From assembly GCA_964461295.1 (NCBI GenBank), contig CAYWTX010000419.1:1-50169 (forward strand): a DNA stretch of 50,169 nt. Reading direction: 5' to 3'. The position numbers and the translations under genes were made by a program. Below, piece after piece: positions 1 through 8,953 of the stretch. This DNA is from an uncultured Planctomycetaceae bacterium. GTDB taxonomy: Bacteria; Planctomycetota; Phycisphaerae; SM23-33. Within the stretch, counting starts at the first letter, position 1. The number at the start of each line of letters is the position of its first letter. The notes beneath the pieces are model-generated. The model did not search any database. It saw only the letters and a program-made list of their open reading frames with translations, and was not told the origin of the DNA.

Positions 1-110
1 GACTCCTGCATGACCTGCTCCTTCTCAATGTGGCTCTGCCTCTGACCGGCAACACGCTGGCCAAAGCGTAACCCACGGCCTTGAGACTGGGGCAGGTCAA
101 TCCATTATGT

Positions 111-473
111 CTAGATCCTCGACGCCCCTCCGGGGCTAAGAGGGAGGAAGACTGCTTCCGCGATTCTTTCACAAACGCTCAGGCCGGCGAGGCGGCCGTG
201 GGGCGTCGCGCCGGTGGTGCTCCCGCGGCGGACGTGGCCCATCCTGCCCACGTACTGCGCGGCGTACTGCTGCCCGAACGGGTTGCGGCACGGCTCCAGG
301 TCCGCCGCGATGCGGTTGTACGGCCGCTCGGCGAGTTCGTCGGCCGCGGCGACGCCTTCGCCGTCGCGCCAGTCGCCGCGCACGCCGAGCTCGATGTCCT
401 CCACCAGCCGCCGCGCCCGCTCGAACAGCGGCGCAACCGGCGGCGGCGCATCGTCATCGCTCGGACGAATCAT
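111..473 (-). CDS. hypothetical protein (121 aa); C-terminus runs into repeat R1 copy 1
   Basis: This is an internal part of the 793-aa track ORF. ATG at 473-471 is preceded by GAGG. Third-position GC is high for about 85 codons (MIRPSDDDAPPPVAPLFERARRLVEDIELG...). The last ~20 codons are encoded by the R1 repeat, so the true stop is uncertain. Confidence 0.45.
   Translation of the reverse strand: MIRPSDDDAPPPVAPLFERARRLVEDIELGVRGDWRDGEGVAAADELAERPYNRIAADLEPCRNPFGQQYAAQYVGRMGHVRRGSTTGATPHGRLAGLSVCERIAEAVFLPLSPGGASRI
124..182 (+). repeat. R1 repeat, copy 1 (about 59 nt; core CCCCTYCGGGGCKAAGAGGGAG...CTTCYGCGAYTCTYTC)
   Basis: By-eye alignment to 6027-6085 and 14357-14415 gives roughly 80-86% identity, all on the same strand. 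Confidence 0.65.
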
Positions 474-575
474 GTTGCCTCGTTTCGAGTTTAATCTACC
501 TGCATCGGCGATCGTCTCGCTACAACTGTCGGCGATCACGTGCGGCAACCAGACAGCCAGATCACGAGGAACCCA

Positions 576-1616
576 ATGAGCAAGCAGATCGGCATCGGCA
601 TCGTCGGGCTGGGAATCGGCAAGGAGAATTGCAGGGGCTTCCTGCCCGACAAGCGGGCGCGGATCGTCGCCCTGTGCGACATCATCCCCGAGAAGATGGA
701 TGCGTTCGCCAAGGAACTCCCCAACCCCGTCAAGAAGTACGTCGACTACCGCGACATGGCCCGCGACGCCGAAGTCGACGCCATGGTCGTCTGCCCCCCC
801 AACCAGTGGCACGTCCCCATCGCCGTCGAGGCCATGCGACGCGACAAGCACGTCCTGGTCACCAAGCCCCTGGCCGACAGCGCCCAGGCGGCCGCCCAGG
901 CCGTCGCCGTCGCCGAAAAGGCCGGCGTGGTCAACATGATGTCGCTGTGCTGCCGCTGGTCGCGCCCGGTGATGTACCTCGCCGCGCAGGCTCGCGCGGG
1001 GCTCTTCGGCAAGCTCTACTACGGCCGCGCGCGGTCCATCCGCCGTAGCGGCATCCCCGACTGGAGCGAGGGGTTCGTCACGGCCGGGGGAGGGGCCTTC
1101 CGCGATATGGGCGTACACGTGCTCGACGCGGCGTGGTGGGTGATGGGCATGCCGCGCCCCATCAGCGCCTCGGGCGTCGGCGGGGCGCGGTTCGGCCCGC
1201 GGGGGCAGGGCTACTGGGACTACCACAAGGCGCCAAAGTTCTACCGCAAGTTCGCGGCCGACGACTACGCGGGCGGACTGATCCGCTTCGAGGGCGACGT
1301 GGGGCTGCACGTGGAGAGCTTCTGGGCGTCGCACCAGGCGCCGGAGTTCCAACTGGAGTTCTTCGGCACCGAGGCGGGGGCGAAGATGGACCCGCTGACG
1401 ATCTACCGCACGATGGACGGCTCGCCGGTTGACATGGCCGTCAATCCGCCCAAGGGGCCGACCGACTGGCAGCACATCGCCAGGCACTTCGTGGACTGCA
1501 TCGTTGACGGCGCCAAGTGCATCTGTCCGCTCCGCCACGGCCGGGCCGTCCAGTCGATGATGGAGGCGGTGCTCAAGAGCGCCAAGACCGGGCGCGAGGT
1601 GCGCATCGCATCCTGA
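576..1616 (+). CDS. Gfo/Idh/MocA family NAD(P)-dependent oxidoreductase
   Basis: ATG at 576 follows GAGGA. The N-terminal Rossmann motif is IGIGIVGLGIG. The EKP-type motif (LVTKPLA) and overall length are typical of the family. Confidence 0.85.
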   Translation: MSKQIGIGIVGLGIGKENCRGFLPDKRARIVALCDIIPEKMDAFAKELPNPVKKYVDYRDMARDAEVDAMVVCPPNQWHVPIAVEAMRRDKHVLVTKPLADSAQAAAQAVAVAEKAGVVNMMSLCCRWSRPVMYLAAQARAGLFGKLYYGRARSIRRSGIPDWSEGFVTAGGGAFRDMGVHVLDAAWWVMGMPRPISASGVGGARFGPRGQGYWDYHKAPKFYRKFAADDYAGGLIRFEGDVGLHVESFWASHQAPEFQLEFFGTEAGAKMDPLTIYRTMDGSPVDMAVNPPKGPTDWQHIARHFVDCIVDGAKCICPLRHGRAVQSMMEAVLKSAKTGREVRIAS

Positions 1617-1662
1617 AGACCGTCCACGAACGCAAGCCATTACGCGATCGATTCCCGGAGCC

Positions 1663-1935
1663 GTGATGATCGCCTGTTGGACTCTCAGCGCGGTGTTGCT
1701 GGCGTACGTCGCGGCCGCGACGGCATACTGGCTTTGGGCGGCGCACGCGCTGCGGCGGATGGCCCGCGACGTGCGGGCCGTGCACGTCACGGACCTGCCG
1801 GAGGGCTGGCTGGGCAAGGCCAACGCCCTGAACACCGGGTTGCGACACGCCGGCGGCGGGAATCGCCCTCTCCTGGCCCCCCAAGCGGGGCGACCGAGGG
1901 CTGCCGCCGGATCGCACCAGCAACGCGGCCCTTGA
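1663..1935 (+). pseudogene. possible remnant of a family-2 glycosyltransferase (N-terminal TM helix joined directly to a GKANALNTGLRHAGG motif; catalytic core missing)
   Basis: The 90-aa ORF carries a TM segment and then the GKAxALNxG motif of GT2 enzymes. It lacks the about 80 aa normally between them and lacks the DxD region. Confidence 0.3.
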
Positions 1936-2048
1936 TAGTGCCCTGCCTCTTTACGCCTCGCCGCGGACGTGCTAGTATTCCTGCCCGTCGGGCATGTCGG
2001 GGAGCATCGGCCCCGTTTCCCAATGCCCGCCTGCCCAGTGGAGAGAAC

Positions 2049-3131
2049 ATGAGCGGTTTGGCTATTCGCAAAGACGGCGACCTCGACTTCCTTTCCCTCG
2101 GCGCGGTCGTGCACCGGCTCGACCCCGGCGCCATCCCCTTCCGCAAGGCCCGCTCGGCCGAGATCCACGTCTCCGGCGGCGAGTACAACGTGGCCGCCAG
2201 CCTGTGCGACTGCTTCGGCCTGAAGACCGGCATCGCCACGGCCATGGTCAACTACCCCATCGGCGAACTGGTGCAGAACCGCGTGCGCGAGATGGGCGTG
2301 CGGCCGTTCTACAAGTGGTTCGAGCACGACGGCGTTCGCGGCCCGAACATCGCGACGGTCTACAGCGACCGCGGCCACGGCGTGCGCCCGCCGGTGGTGT
2401 TCTACAATCGCTGCAACGAGGCCGGGGCGATGCTGAAGAGCGGCGACTTCGACTGGGCGTCGATCTTCGGCGCCGGCGTGAAGTGGTTCCACTCCGGCGG
2501 CATCTTCGCCGCGCTGTCAGAGACCACCAGCGAACTGATCCTCGAGGGCATGCAGGCCGCCCACAGGGCCGGCGCGATCAACTCCTTCGACCTCAACTTC
2601 CGCGCCAAGCTGTGGGCGCCCATCGGCGGCCTGCCGAAGGCCCAGAGCACGCTGCGGAAGATCGCCTCCAGCGTCGACGCCCTCTTCGGCAACGAGGAAG
2701 ACATGCAGCTCGGCCTGGGCATTGCCGGCCCCGAGGCCGCCGCCAAGGCCTCCAAACTCGACACCAACGCGTTCTTCGGGATGATCGAGAACGTCGTCAA
2801 GCAGTTCCCCAATATCAAGATGGTCGCCACCACGCTGCGCGAAGTCCACTCGGCCAACCGGCACGACTGGGCGGCCGTGCTGTGGCTCGACGGCCAGCGA
2901 TTCGTCAGCCCCGCTTGCCAGCTCGACGTGCTGGATCGCATCGGCGGCGGCGACGGCTTCGCTTCCGGGCTGATCTACGGCCTGCTGTCGGGGCGCAAAC
3001 CCGAAGACGCCCTGCGCCTGGGCTGGGCGCACGGCGCGCTGCTGACGACCTTCCCCGGCGACGTCACGATGGCGAGCCTGAAGGAAGTGGAAGCGTTCGC
3101 CAAGGGCGGCTCAGCCCGCGTGCAAAGGTGA
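2049..3131 (+). CDS. PfkB-family sugar kinase (2-keto-3-deoxygluconate kinase-like)
   Basis: ATG at 2049 follows GGAGAG. Ribokinase/PfkB-like motifs are present: an N-terminal GGxxxN-like element (SGGEYNVAA) and the C-terminal DRIGGGDGFASGLIYGLL (PfkB signature 2). Confidence 0.8.
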   Translation: MSGLAIRKDGDLDFLSLGAVVHRLDPGAIPFRKARSAEIHVSGGEYNVAASLCDCFGLKTGIATAMVNYPIGELVQNRVREMGVRPFYKWFEHDGVRGPNIATVYSDRGHGVRPPVVFYNRCNEAGAMLKSGDFDWASIFGAGVKWFHSGGIFAALSETTSELILEGMQAAHRAGAINSFDLNFRAKLWAPIGGLPKAQSTLRKIASSVDALFGNEEDMQLGLGIAGPEAAAKASKLDTNAFFGMIENVVKQFPNIKMVATTLREVHSANRHDWAAVLWLDGQRFVSPACQLDVLDRIGGGDGFASGLIYGLLSGRKPEDALRLGWAHGALLTTFPGDVTMASLKEVEAFAKGGSARVQR

Positions 3132-3204
3132 ATCACCCACGGCGCGGGCTTTGCCCGTAACCCAAGGCAGCCGCTGTCGCGCACACGAGGATGTCGCGCC
3201 TTTT

Positions 3205-4023
3205 CTACTCGCCGTAGCGGCCGACAAGCGGGCCCTCGGCCAGCGCCTCGATCTGGCTTTCGTAGCTGGGCCGGTCGCAGCGGAATAGGATGCCGATGGG
3301 GATCTCCTCGCCGCCCGCCATGGCCAGCCGCATCGCCGCGTCGCGGTCGTGCGCGGCGTGTTCGGGGCCGATCGGCCGCACGCGATCCCTGTACCACTTG
3401 AACGTGTTGACGCGGTTGAACGACGGGCACGGCTGGAGGATGTCCACCAGCGCCAAGCCGCCCCGGTGCTTCAGGGCCGCCACCATCACCTCGTGCATGT
3501 GTTCGGCCAGGCCGGTGAACGTGCGAGCCACGAACGAGCAGCTTTCAGCGACGGCGACCGCCAGCGGGTCAAACGGCAGGCTCTTGACGCCATGCGGCTG
3601 CACCTTGGTCACCATGCCCAGATGGCTGGTGGGCGAGGCCTGACCCTTGGTCAGGCCGTATACCTGGTTGTCGTGGACGAACGCCTTCAGGCCGATGTTG
3701 CGACGGATGGCGTGGAGGAGGTGGTTGCCGCCCTCGCCGTACATGTCGCCGTCGCCAGACGTGATCACGACGTCCAGCTCGTGGTTGACCAGCTTGATGG
3801 CCGTGGCGGCCGGCACGGCTCGCCCGTGCAGGCCGTTGAACACGTTCGCCCGCATGTAGTGCGGGGTCTTGGCGGCCTGGCCGATGCCGCTGACCACCAC
3901 CAGCCTTCGCCGGTCGATCCCGGCCGCGTCGATCGCGCGGTCCAGCGCCTTGAGCAACGGGTAGTTCCCACAGCCCGGGCACCATGCCGGCTGGGTGTCC
4001 GCCCTGGACAGTTCTATCTGCAT
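3205..4023 (-). CDS. 2-oxoacid:ferredoxin oxidoreductase, beta (TPP-binding) subunit
   Basis: The start is MQIELSRADTQPAWCPGCGNY (ATG 4023-4021). The WCPGCG motif and the TPP-binding GDGD...N motif (SGDGDMYGEGGNH) are present. Confidence 0.85.
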   Translation of the reverse strand: MQIELSRADTQPAWCPGCGNYPLLKALDRAIDAAGIDRRRLVVVSGIGQAAKTPHYMRANVFNGLHGRAVPAATAIKLVNHELDVVITSGDGDMYGEGGNHLLHAIRRNIGLKAFVHDNQVYGLTKGQASPTSHLGMVTKVQPHGVKSLPFDPLAVAVAESCSFVARTFTGLAEHMHEVMVAALKHRGGLALVDILQPCPSFNRVNTFKWYRDRVRPIGPEHAAHDRDAAMRLAMAGGEEIPIGILFRCDRPSYESQIEALAEGPLVGRYGE

Positions 4024-4075
4024 GTGTAGTCCTCGGCGGAAGGCGGAAGGCGCCTCCGCAACTGCACCTCTTGAG

Positions 4076-5734
4076 TCACACCCTTTGGGCAATCCACTCT
4101 CCGGTGAACGGCAAGCCGTCGTAGCGGAGCAGCTTCTCCACCGGGCCCAGCGCCCCTGCGCCGCGCAGCAGCGCGGCAAGCTGGGCCGTGCTGTTGCCTT
4201 CCACCGCGATCACCCGTTTCCGCGAGCCGACGGCCCGCCCGATGCGCTCGCGGTCCAGCGGCCAGAGCTGCGCAAAGTGCAGCATGCCCGCCGGCCGCCC
4301 CCCGGCGGAAAGGATGTCCACCGCCTCGCGACACGGCCCGTACGTCGACCCCCAGCACAGCAGCAGCGTGTCGGCGTCGGGCCGGCCGTGGAACTCCGGC
4401 GACAGCGACTCGCTCGCCATGCCGTCGAGCTTGCGCATCCGCTTGTCGTGTTGCACAAGGTGCACGCCGAGGTCCTCGGTAAGATGTCCGGCCTCGGTGT
4501 GTTCGTCGCTGTCGACGACGACCAGCGCTTCGCCGCCGGGAATCGCCCGGGGCGAGACGCCGCTCCCGGTGACGGCGTAGCGCGCGTATTGGGCCGAGCC
4601 GGCGACGATGGCGCGATCGATCGGCCGCGGCTGGTCGCTCAGCGGCGACCCGGTCTGGGCCAGATCCTGGAGGAACTGGTCGGTCATCAGGATGACCGGC
4701 GTCTGCCAGCGGTGGGCGGTTTCCAGGGCCAGGCGCGTCAGTTCCCAGCATTGCCGGATCGTTCCCGGCGCGTACACGGCCCGGGCGAACTCGCCGTGCC
4801 CCGCATGCACCGCAAACAGAAGGCTCTGCTGGGCCGTGCGCGTCGGCAGCCCGGTGGCCGGGCCGGGGCGCTGGCCCAGAAGCACCACGGCCGGCGTCTC
4901 GGTCATCCCCGCCAGGCTCAGGCCCTCGACCATCAGCGCGAAGCCGCCGTCGGCCGTCGTCGTCATCGCCGGCACGCCCGCGTACGCCGCGCCGATCACC
5001 ATGTTGATGGCCGCGATCTCGTCCTCGGCCTGCTCAACCACAATGCCGTACTTGTCCGCCCACTGGGCCAGGTGCGTGAACGTCGCCGTCGACGGGGTCA
5101 TCGGGTACGACGCGACGAACTTCACCCCGGCCGTCGCCGCCGCCACGGCGATCGCCGAGGCGCCTGTGCGAACCTCGACCTCGCCGCTGCGCACCCCCGG
5201 GCGCGGGGCCGCCAGCCGCACGCCCGCGGCCCTGGCCAGTTCGGCGCCCGCGCGGGCGCACGCCTGGTTGCCAGCCACCACGTCGCCTCCCTTCCGCGCG
5301 AACTCCTTCGCCAGGTACGCATCCAAGACGGCCAAGTCCAGCCCCAACAACGCGAACACCGCCCCGGCCGCCACCACGTTGGAGTACAGCTTCTGCCCAG
5401 CCGTAGCATGCGCGACGGCCTCCAGATCAATCGCCACCGTGCCGTCGGCGCTTCGGCCGTTGTAGAGGATCGCGCCGCCATTGACCGTGCCTCGCAGCAC
5501 CGCCAGCGCCTCGCCGGTCAGAGCGACGAGCAGGTCGGCCTTCTCCGTGCCCGCCCACATCGGCTCGGCGCCGATCCGCACGTCGTACCAGTTCAGCCCG
5601 CCGCGAATCCGCGACATGTAGCTCTGCGTGCTCAGCACGTGCAGCCCCGCGGCCGACATGCTGTGCATCAGCACGTCGCCTGTGGTGGCCACGCCCTGCC
5701 CGGCCTCGCCGGCGATACGTATCGTGAAAGTCAT
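4076..5734 (-). CDS. 2-oxoacid:ferredoxin oxidoreductase, fused gamma-alpha subunit
   Basis: The N-terminus MTFTIRIAGEAGQGV is a gamma-domain motif. It is followed by an alpha domain (YPMTPST...EDEIAAINMVIGAAYAG). The gene lies directly upstream of the beta subunit. Confidence 0.85.
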   Translation of the reverse strand: MTFTIRIAGEAGQGVATTGDVLMHSMSAAGLHVLSTQSYMSRIRGGLNWYDVRIGAEPMWAGTEKADLLVALTGEALAVLRGTVNGGAILYNGRSADGTVAIDLEAVAHATAGQKLYSNVVAAGAVFALLGLDLAVLDAYLAKEFARKGGDVVAGNQACARAGAELARAAGVRLAAPRPGVRSGEVEVRTGASAIAVAAATAGVKFVASYPMTPSTATFTHLAQWADKYGIVVEQAEDEIAAINMVIGAAYAGVPAMTTTADGGFALMVEGLSLAGMTETPAVVLLGQRPGPATGLPTRTAQQSLLFAVHAGHGEFARAVYAPGTIRQCWELTRLALETAHRWQTPVILMTDQFLQDLAQTGSPLSDQPRPIDRAIVAGSAQYARYAVTGSGVSPRAIPGGEALVVVDSDEHTEAGHLTEDLGVHLVQHDKRMRKLDGMASESLSPEFHGRPDADTLLLCWGSTYGPCREAVDILSAGGRPAGMLHFAQLWPLDRERIGRAVGSRKRVIAVEGNSTAQLAALLRGAGALGPVEKLLRYDGLPFTGEWIAQRV

Positions 5735-5821
5735 GGGCGTTCCTCTATCCGCAAGCCGCGTACAAACCGCAACGCTTCACATTATTGCACGGCGGCTCGC
5801 CAAACCACGGGATTCGGCAGA

Positions 5822-5973
5822 TCTCAGCTCGACTTCTGCCATTTTCACTGGTGGCGGAATCGTAAGTCGTTACTGAGCAACAACTTGGTGGTGCAGGGAC
5901 AAGCGGAAAACCCACGCTTATAACTTCTTACCAAGCCGCTAGTTACAACAAATTGGCAGAAGTCGAGCTCAGA
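5822..5973. repeat. 20-bp near-perfect inverted repeat (TCTCAGCTCGACTTCTGCCA / TGGCAGAAGTCGAGCTCAGA) flanking a 112-bp lower-GC loop
   Basis: Read directly from the sequence: arms at 5822-5841 and 5954-5973 with one mismatch. It lies in the divergent spacer between the oxidoreductase operon and trmB. Confidence 0.6.
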
Positions 5974-6026
5974 GCTTGTGAAAGAATGGGATCTCGCGGG
6001 TCTGCCCGCTCTGGACGCTTTCTGTC

Positions 6027-6085
6027 ACCCCTTCGGGGCGAAGAGGGAGCAAGGCCGCTTCCGCGATTCTTTCACGACCTCTCAG
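6027..6085 (+). repeat. R1 repeat, copy 2
   Basis: It aligns to copies 1 and 3 and lies 5' of the probable trmB start. Confidence 0.65.
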
Positions 6086-6175
6086 CCCGACCCGGCGCCC
6101 GAGGCCGGCGATGCCTTCGTCAGAATGCCCTTGTTCTTCTTGCTTCCCGCCTCGCCCCGCGGGTACGTTCGCGAT

Positions 6176-6826
6176 ATGCGAGGCGGATCGCCCAAGAAGC
6201 TCTCGCACGGCCGGCGGGAGGAGTTCGACACCGCCGGCGTGCTGATCGAGCATCCTGTCACCGCGGGCATGCTGGACCTGCCCGCCATGTTCGGCAACGC
6301 GCGGCCGGTCGAACTGGAAATTGGCAGCGGCAAGGGGACGTTCCTGGCGGCTCGTGCCGCTGCTCGCCCGGAGATCAACTTGCTCGGCATCGAGTATGCC
6401 AGGGGGTACTGCCTGTACACGGCCGACCGCGTAAAACGGGCCGGCCTGGGAAACGTGCGGATGCTCTGTGTGGACGCGGCCGCGTTCGTGGAGCTCTGCA
6501 TGGGCGATGCGTCGATCTGGCGGCTGCACGTGTACTTCCCCGACCCGTGGCCCAAGACGAGGCACCACCGCCGCCGCTTGATCCAAGCAAGCTTCGTGAA
6601 GCAGGCAGTGCGAATCCTTCAGCCGGGCGGAGAGTTCATCGTCGTGACCGACCATCGAGACTACTTCGAGCAAGTTCGTCGCCTGCTTGCTGACGTGCCG
6701 GGCCTGGCGGCGATTCCGTTTCCGAAGATGAGCGATCAGGACGGGGAGTTAGTCGGCACGAACTTCGAGCGCAAGTACATCGTCCAGGGGCGGCCATTCC
6801 ACTGGATCGCTCGGATGCGATACTGA
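6176..6826 (+). CDS. trmB: tRNA (guanine-N7)-methyltransferase
   Basis: TrmB-type motifs are present: ELEIGSGKGTFL (SAM binding), FPDPWPKTRHHRRRL, and FERKY at the C-terminus. I chose the ATG at 6176 because the track start at 5978 reads through repeat R1. Confidence 0.85.
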   Translation: MRGGSPKKLSHGRREEFDTAGVLIEHPVTAGMLDLPAMFGNARPVELEIGSGKGTFLAARAAARPEINLLGIEYARGYCLYTADRVKRAGLGNVRMLCVDAAAFVELCMGDASIWRLHVYFPDPWPKTRHHRRRLIQASFVKQAVRILQPGGEFIVVTDHRDYFEQVRRLLADVPGLAAIPFPKMSDQDGELVGTNFERKYIVQGRPFHWIARMRY

Positions 6827-7298
6827 CAAGCGGCGGTTCTATAGAAGAGATAGATAAGTCGTAGCAGTACCTGATAGGGCCTGTCAGCGACTGTTGGAAG
6901 CGAGAACGGCGATTCTAACTTGTGTAAGTGCCGAAGATAAGGAAGCCTGCCACGCGGTCGGCAGTTGTGGAGGACATGTTGGCAGTTGCGGCGGGGGCGT
7001 TGGGTATGGGGTGATTCACAGACGAGCGGCCTAGGTTAGTTCCCTAAGGGGCTGTGCGGCGAAGGGCCAACTGCCACGTCGGAGACAGGTTATCCACCGG
7101 TTATCCAGAACCGCCGTGAGTAACGCGAAGGCGGACTGTGCGCAGCGAGGGACGACTCCGCTGCCGTGAAGGCGTTACGGGATGGGAAGGCGCGAAGATG
7201 CCCCAGCCACGCGGGGCCGGGGCTTGGAGAAGACGATCGGAGCTTGGAGAAGAAAGAAGGACGCCGAGAAGAAGGGAGCTTTGCGAGGAAACAAGTGC
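6827..7298. other. candidate chromosomal replication origin (oriC) region
   Basis: This 472-bp non-coding spacer lies immediately 3' of dnaA. GC drops locally (6841-6940 is about 48% by eye). Two adjacent DnaA-box-like 9-mers, TTATCCACC (7090-7098) and TTATCCAGA (7101-7109), each match the consensus at 8/9. Weaker 7/9 matches are at 7012-7020 and 6966-6974. Confidence 0.4.
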
Positions 7299-8639
7299 TT
7301 ACGCCGTCGCCTGGATCTCCTGCGTCAGGCGCTCAATAGTGGTCTGGAGTTGGAGATCGCTGGTGCACTGGGCGGAGATCGTGCGGTCGGCGTGGAGCAC
7401 GGTGGTGTGGTCGCGGCCGCCGAAGTAGCCGCCGATTTCCTCGAGGCTGTGCCGTGTCAGGTTGCGGGCCAGATGCATGCACACCTGCCGCGGCAAGGCG
7501 ATCGAGCGGCTGCGCTTCTTGGATTGCAGGTCGGCCAGCCGCACGTTGTAGCGTGTGGTGACGGCGTTAAGGATGTCCTCGATGGTGATCTCGCGCCGCG
7601 CGGCATCGACCTGCGCTGTTCCTAGTGCCTCCTGGGCGAGGGCCAGGTCGTGCGGCCGGTCGGTGACGGCCGCGAGCATCTGCACCTTGGCGATGGCGCC
7701 TTCGAGTTCGCGGGTATTGGAGTCGATGGTGCCGGCGATGAAGCAGACGACGTCATCGGGCAGTTCGACGTTGCGCAGGCGGGCCTTCTTGCGGACGATG
7801 GCGACGCGCGTTTCGTAGCAGGGGCGGTCGATCCGAGCCACCAGGCCCCAGTTGAAGCGGCTGATCAGCCGTTCCTCCAGGTGGGGGATTTCGCCGGGGC
7901 CTCGGTCGCCGGAGAGGATGATCTGCTTCTGCATCTGGTAGAGCGTGTTGAACGTGTGGAAGAATTCTTCCTGCGTCTGCTCGTGGCCGGCGAGGAACTG
8001 TATGTCGTCGATGGCCAGCTGGTCGGCGTGGCGGTAGCGGTAGCGGAACTCCAGGAGTTGTCCGCGTTCGACGGCGCCGATGAAGTCGTTGACGAACTCC
8101 TCGCACGTGAGCACGCAGATGTTGGCGTTAGAGTTGTCGGCGAGGATTCTATGGCACGTGGCGTGAAGCAGGTGGGTCTTGCCCAGGCCGACGCTGCCGT
8201 GGAGGAACAGCGGGTTGTACGTGCGCCCCGGCGACTCCGAGACGGCCTGGCAGGCGGCGTGGGCGAGGCGGTTGCACGGCCCGGTGACGAACGAACTGAA
8301 GAGGTAGTCGTCGCACAGGCGGCGGCGGTCCTCGGGCAGGCGCACCTCGACGGCGCCGACGTACTTCCCCGGCGCCGACTCCTCGTCGACGTCGGCGCGC
8401 GTGAGGAAGCAGACGCCGACGAGCCTGCCGGTGGCGGCCTGGGCGGCCTCGGTGAACAGGGCCGTCGCGTGCCGCTTGCAGTACTCCTGCTCCCGCTTGC
8501 CGGGAGCCTGTATCTCAAGCAGGCCGTGCTCCAGCGAAATCGGCTCCAGCTCGGTGAACCACGGCCGGATGAGGTTGCCGCCTTCCGCCACAACCTGCTC
8601 GACGATTCGCTGCCACAAGGAGCGATCCACCGTCGCCAT
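7299..8639 (-). CDS. dnaA: chromosomal replication initiator protein DnaA
   Basis: Walker A is GSVGLGKTHLL. The AAA+ box is IDDIQFLAGHEQTQEEFFHTFN. The C-terminal DNA-binding domain contains SIALPRQVCMHLAR...SLEEIGGYFGGRDHTTVLHA. The chosen start is MATVDRSLWQRI (ATG 8639-8637). Confidence 0.95.
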   Translation of the reverse strand: MATVDRSLWQRIVEQVVAEGGNLIRPWFTELEPISLEHGLLEIQAPGKREQEYCKRHATALFTEAAQAATGRLVGVCFLTRADVDEESAPGKYVGAVEVRLPEDRRRLCDDYLFSSFVTGPCNRLAHAACQAVSESPGRTYNPLFLHGSVGLGKTHLLHATCHRILADNSNANICVLTCEEFVNDFIGAVERGQLLEFRYRYRHADQLAIDDIQFLAGHEQTQEEFFHTFNTLYQMQKQIILSGDRGPGEIPHLEERLISRFNWGLVARIDRPCYETRVAIVRKKARLRNVELPDDVVCFIAGTIDSNTRELEGAIAKVQMLAAVTDRPHDLALAQEALGTAQVDAARREITIEDILNAVTTRYNVRLADLQSKKRSRSIALPRQVCMHLARNLTRHSLEEIGGYFGGRDHTTVLHADRTISAQCTSDLQLQTTIERLTQEIQATA

Positions 8640-8953
8640 AACCCACCCTCGACAGCGCGCAGCAAGCGCGGAAAAGAACCATGTTGCCCGAGAAGAACTG
8701 CTGTGACGCGGATGCGTAGCCGCCACAACCGCCCTCCGTGGCGGGAACTCGGCTGCGAGCGAGGAGCCGTCCTCGACCGCGACGGACTCTATAGCCGCCT
8801 TGCGAGTGTGTCAAAACAAAACCGGGCAAAACTTCGCGGCGCGAAGAATACCCGCATGCCCATTGGGCGAACTGGGGGCAGAAGCGCGGGTTCGCCTGGA
8901 CGTGATCCCGGGACGCAACCGCCCCATCGTCCTTGGCTGTTTCTCGTCTTCCC

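Noticed and set aside
111-2492. 793-aa minus-strand ORF spanning the oxidoreductase and kinase region
   Set aside because: It is antisense to two well-supported plus-strand genes. The composition is Arg/Ala/Gly-rich as expected for an off-frame read of high-GC DNA. Only its last 121 codons (111-473) look coding.
5978-6175. Upstream extension of trmB (track start at 5978)
   Set aside because: The extension is encoded by the inverted-repeat arm and R1 repeat copy 2, and it lacks TrmB similarity. An internal ATG at 6176 precedes the conserved region.
8788-8814. Possible dnaA promoter TTGACA ... TATAGA on the minus strand
   Set aside because: The spacer is only 15 nt (16 if the -10 is read as ATAGAG), which is outside the optimal 17 +/- 1. 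It is not reported as a feature.
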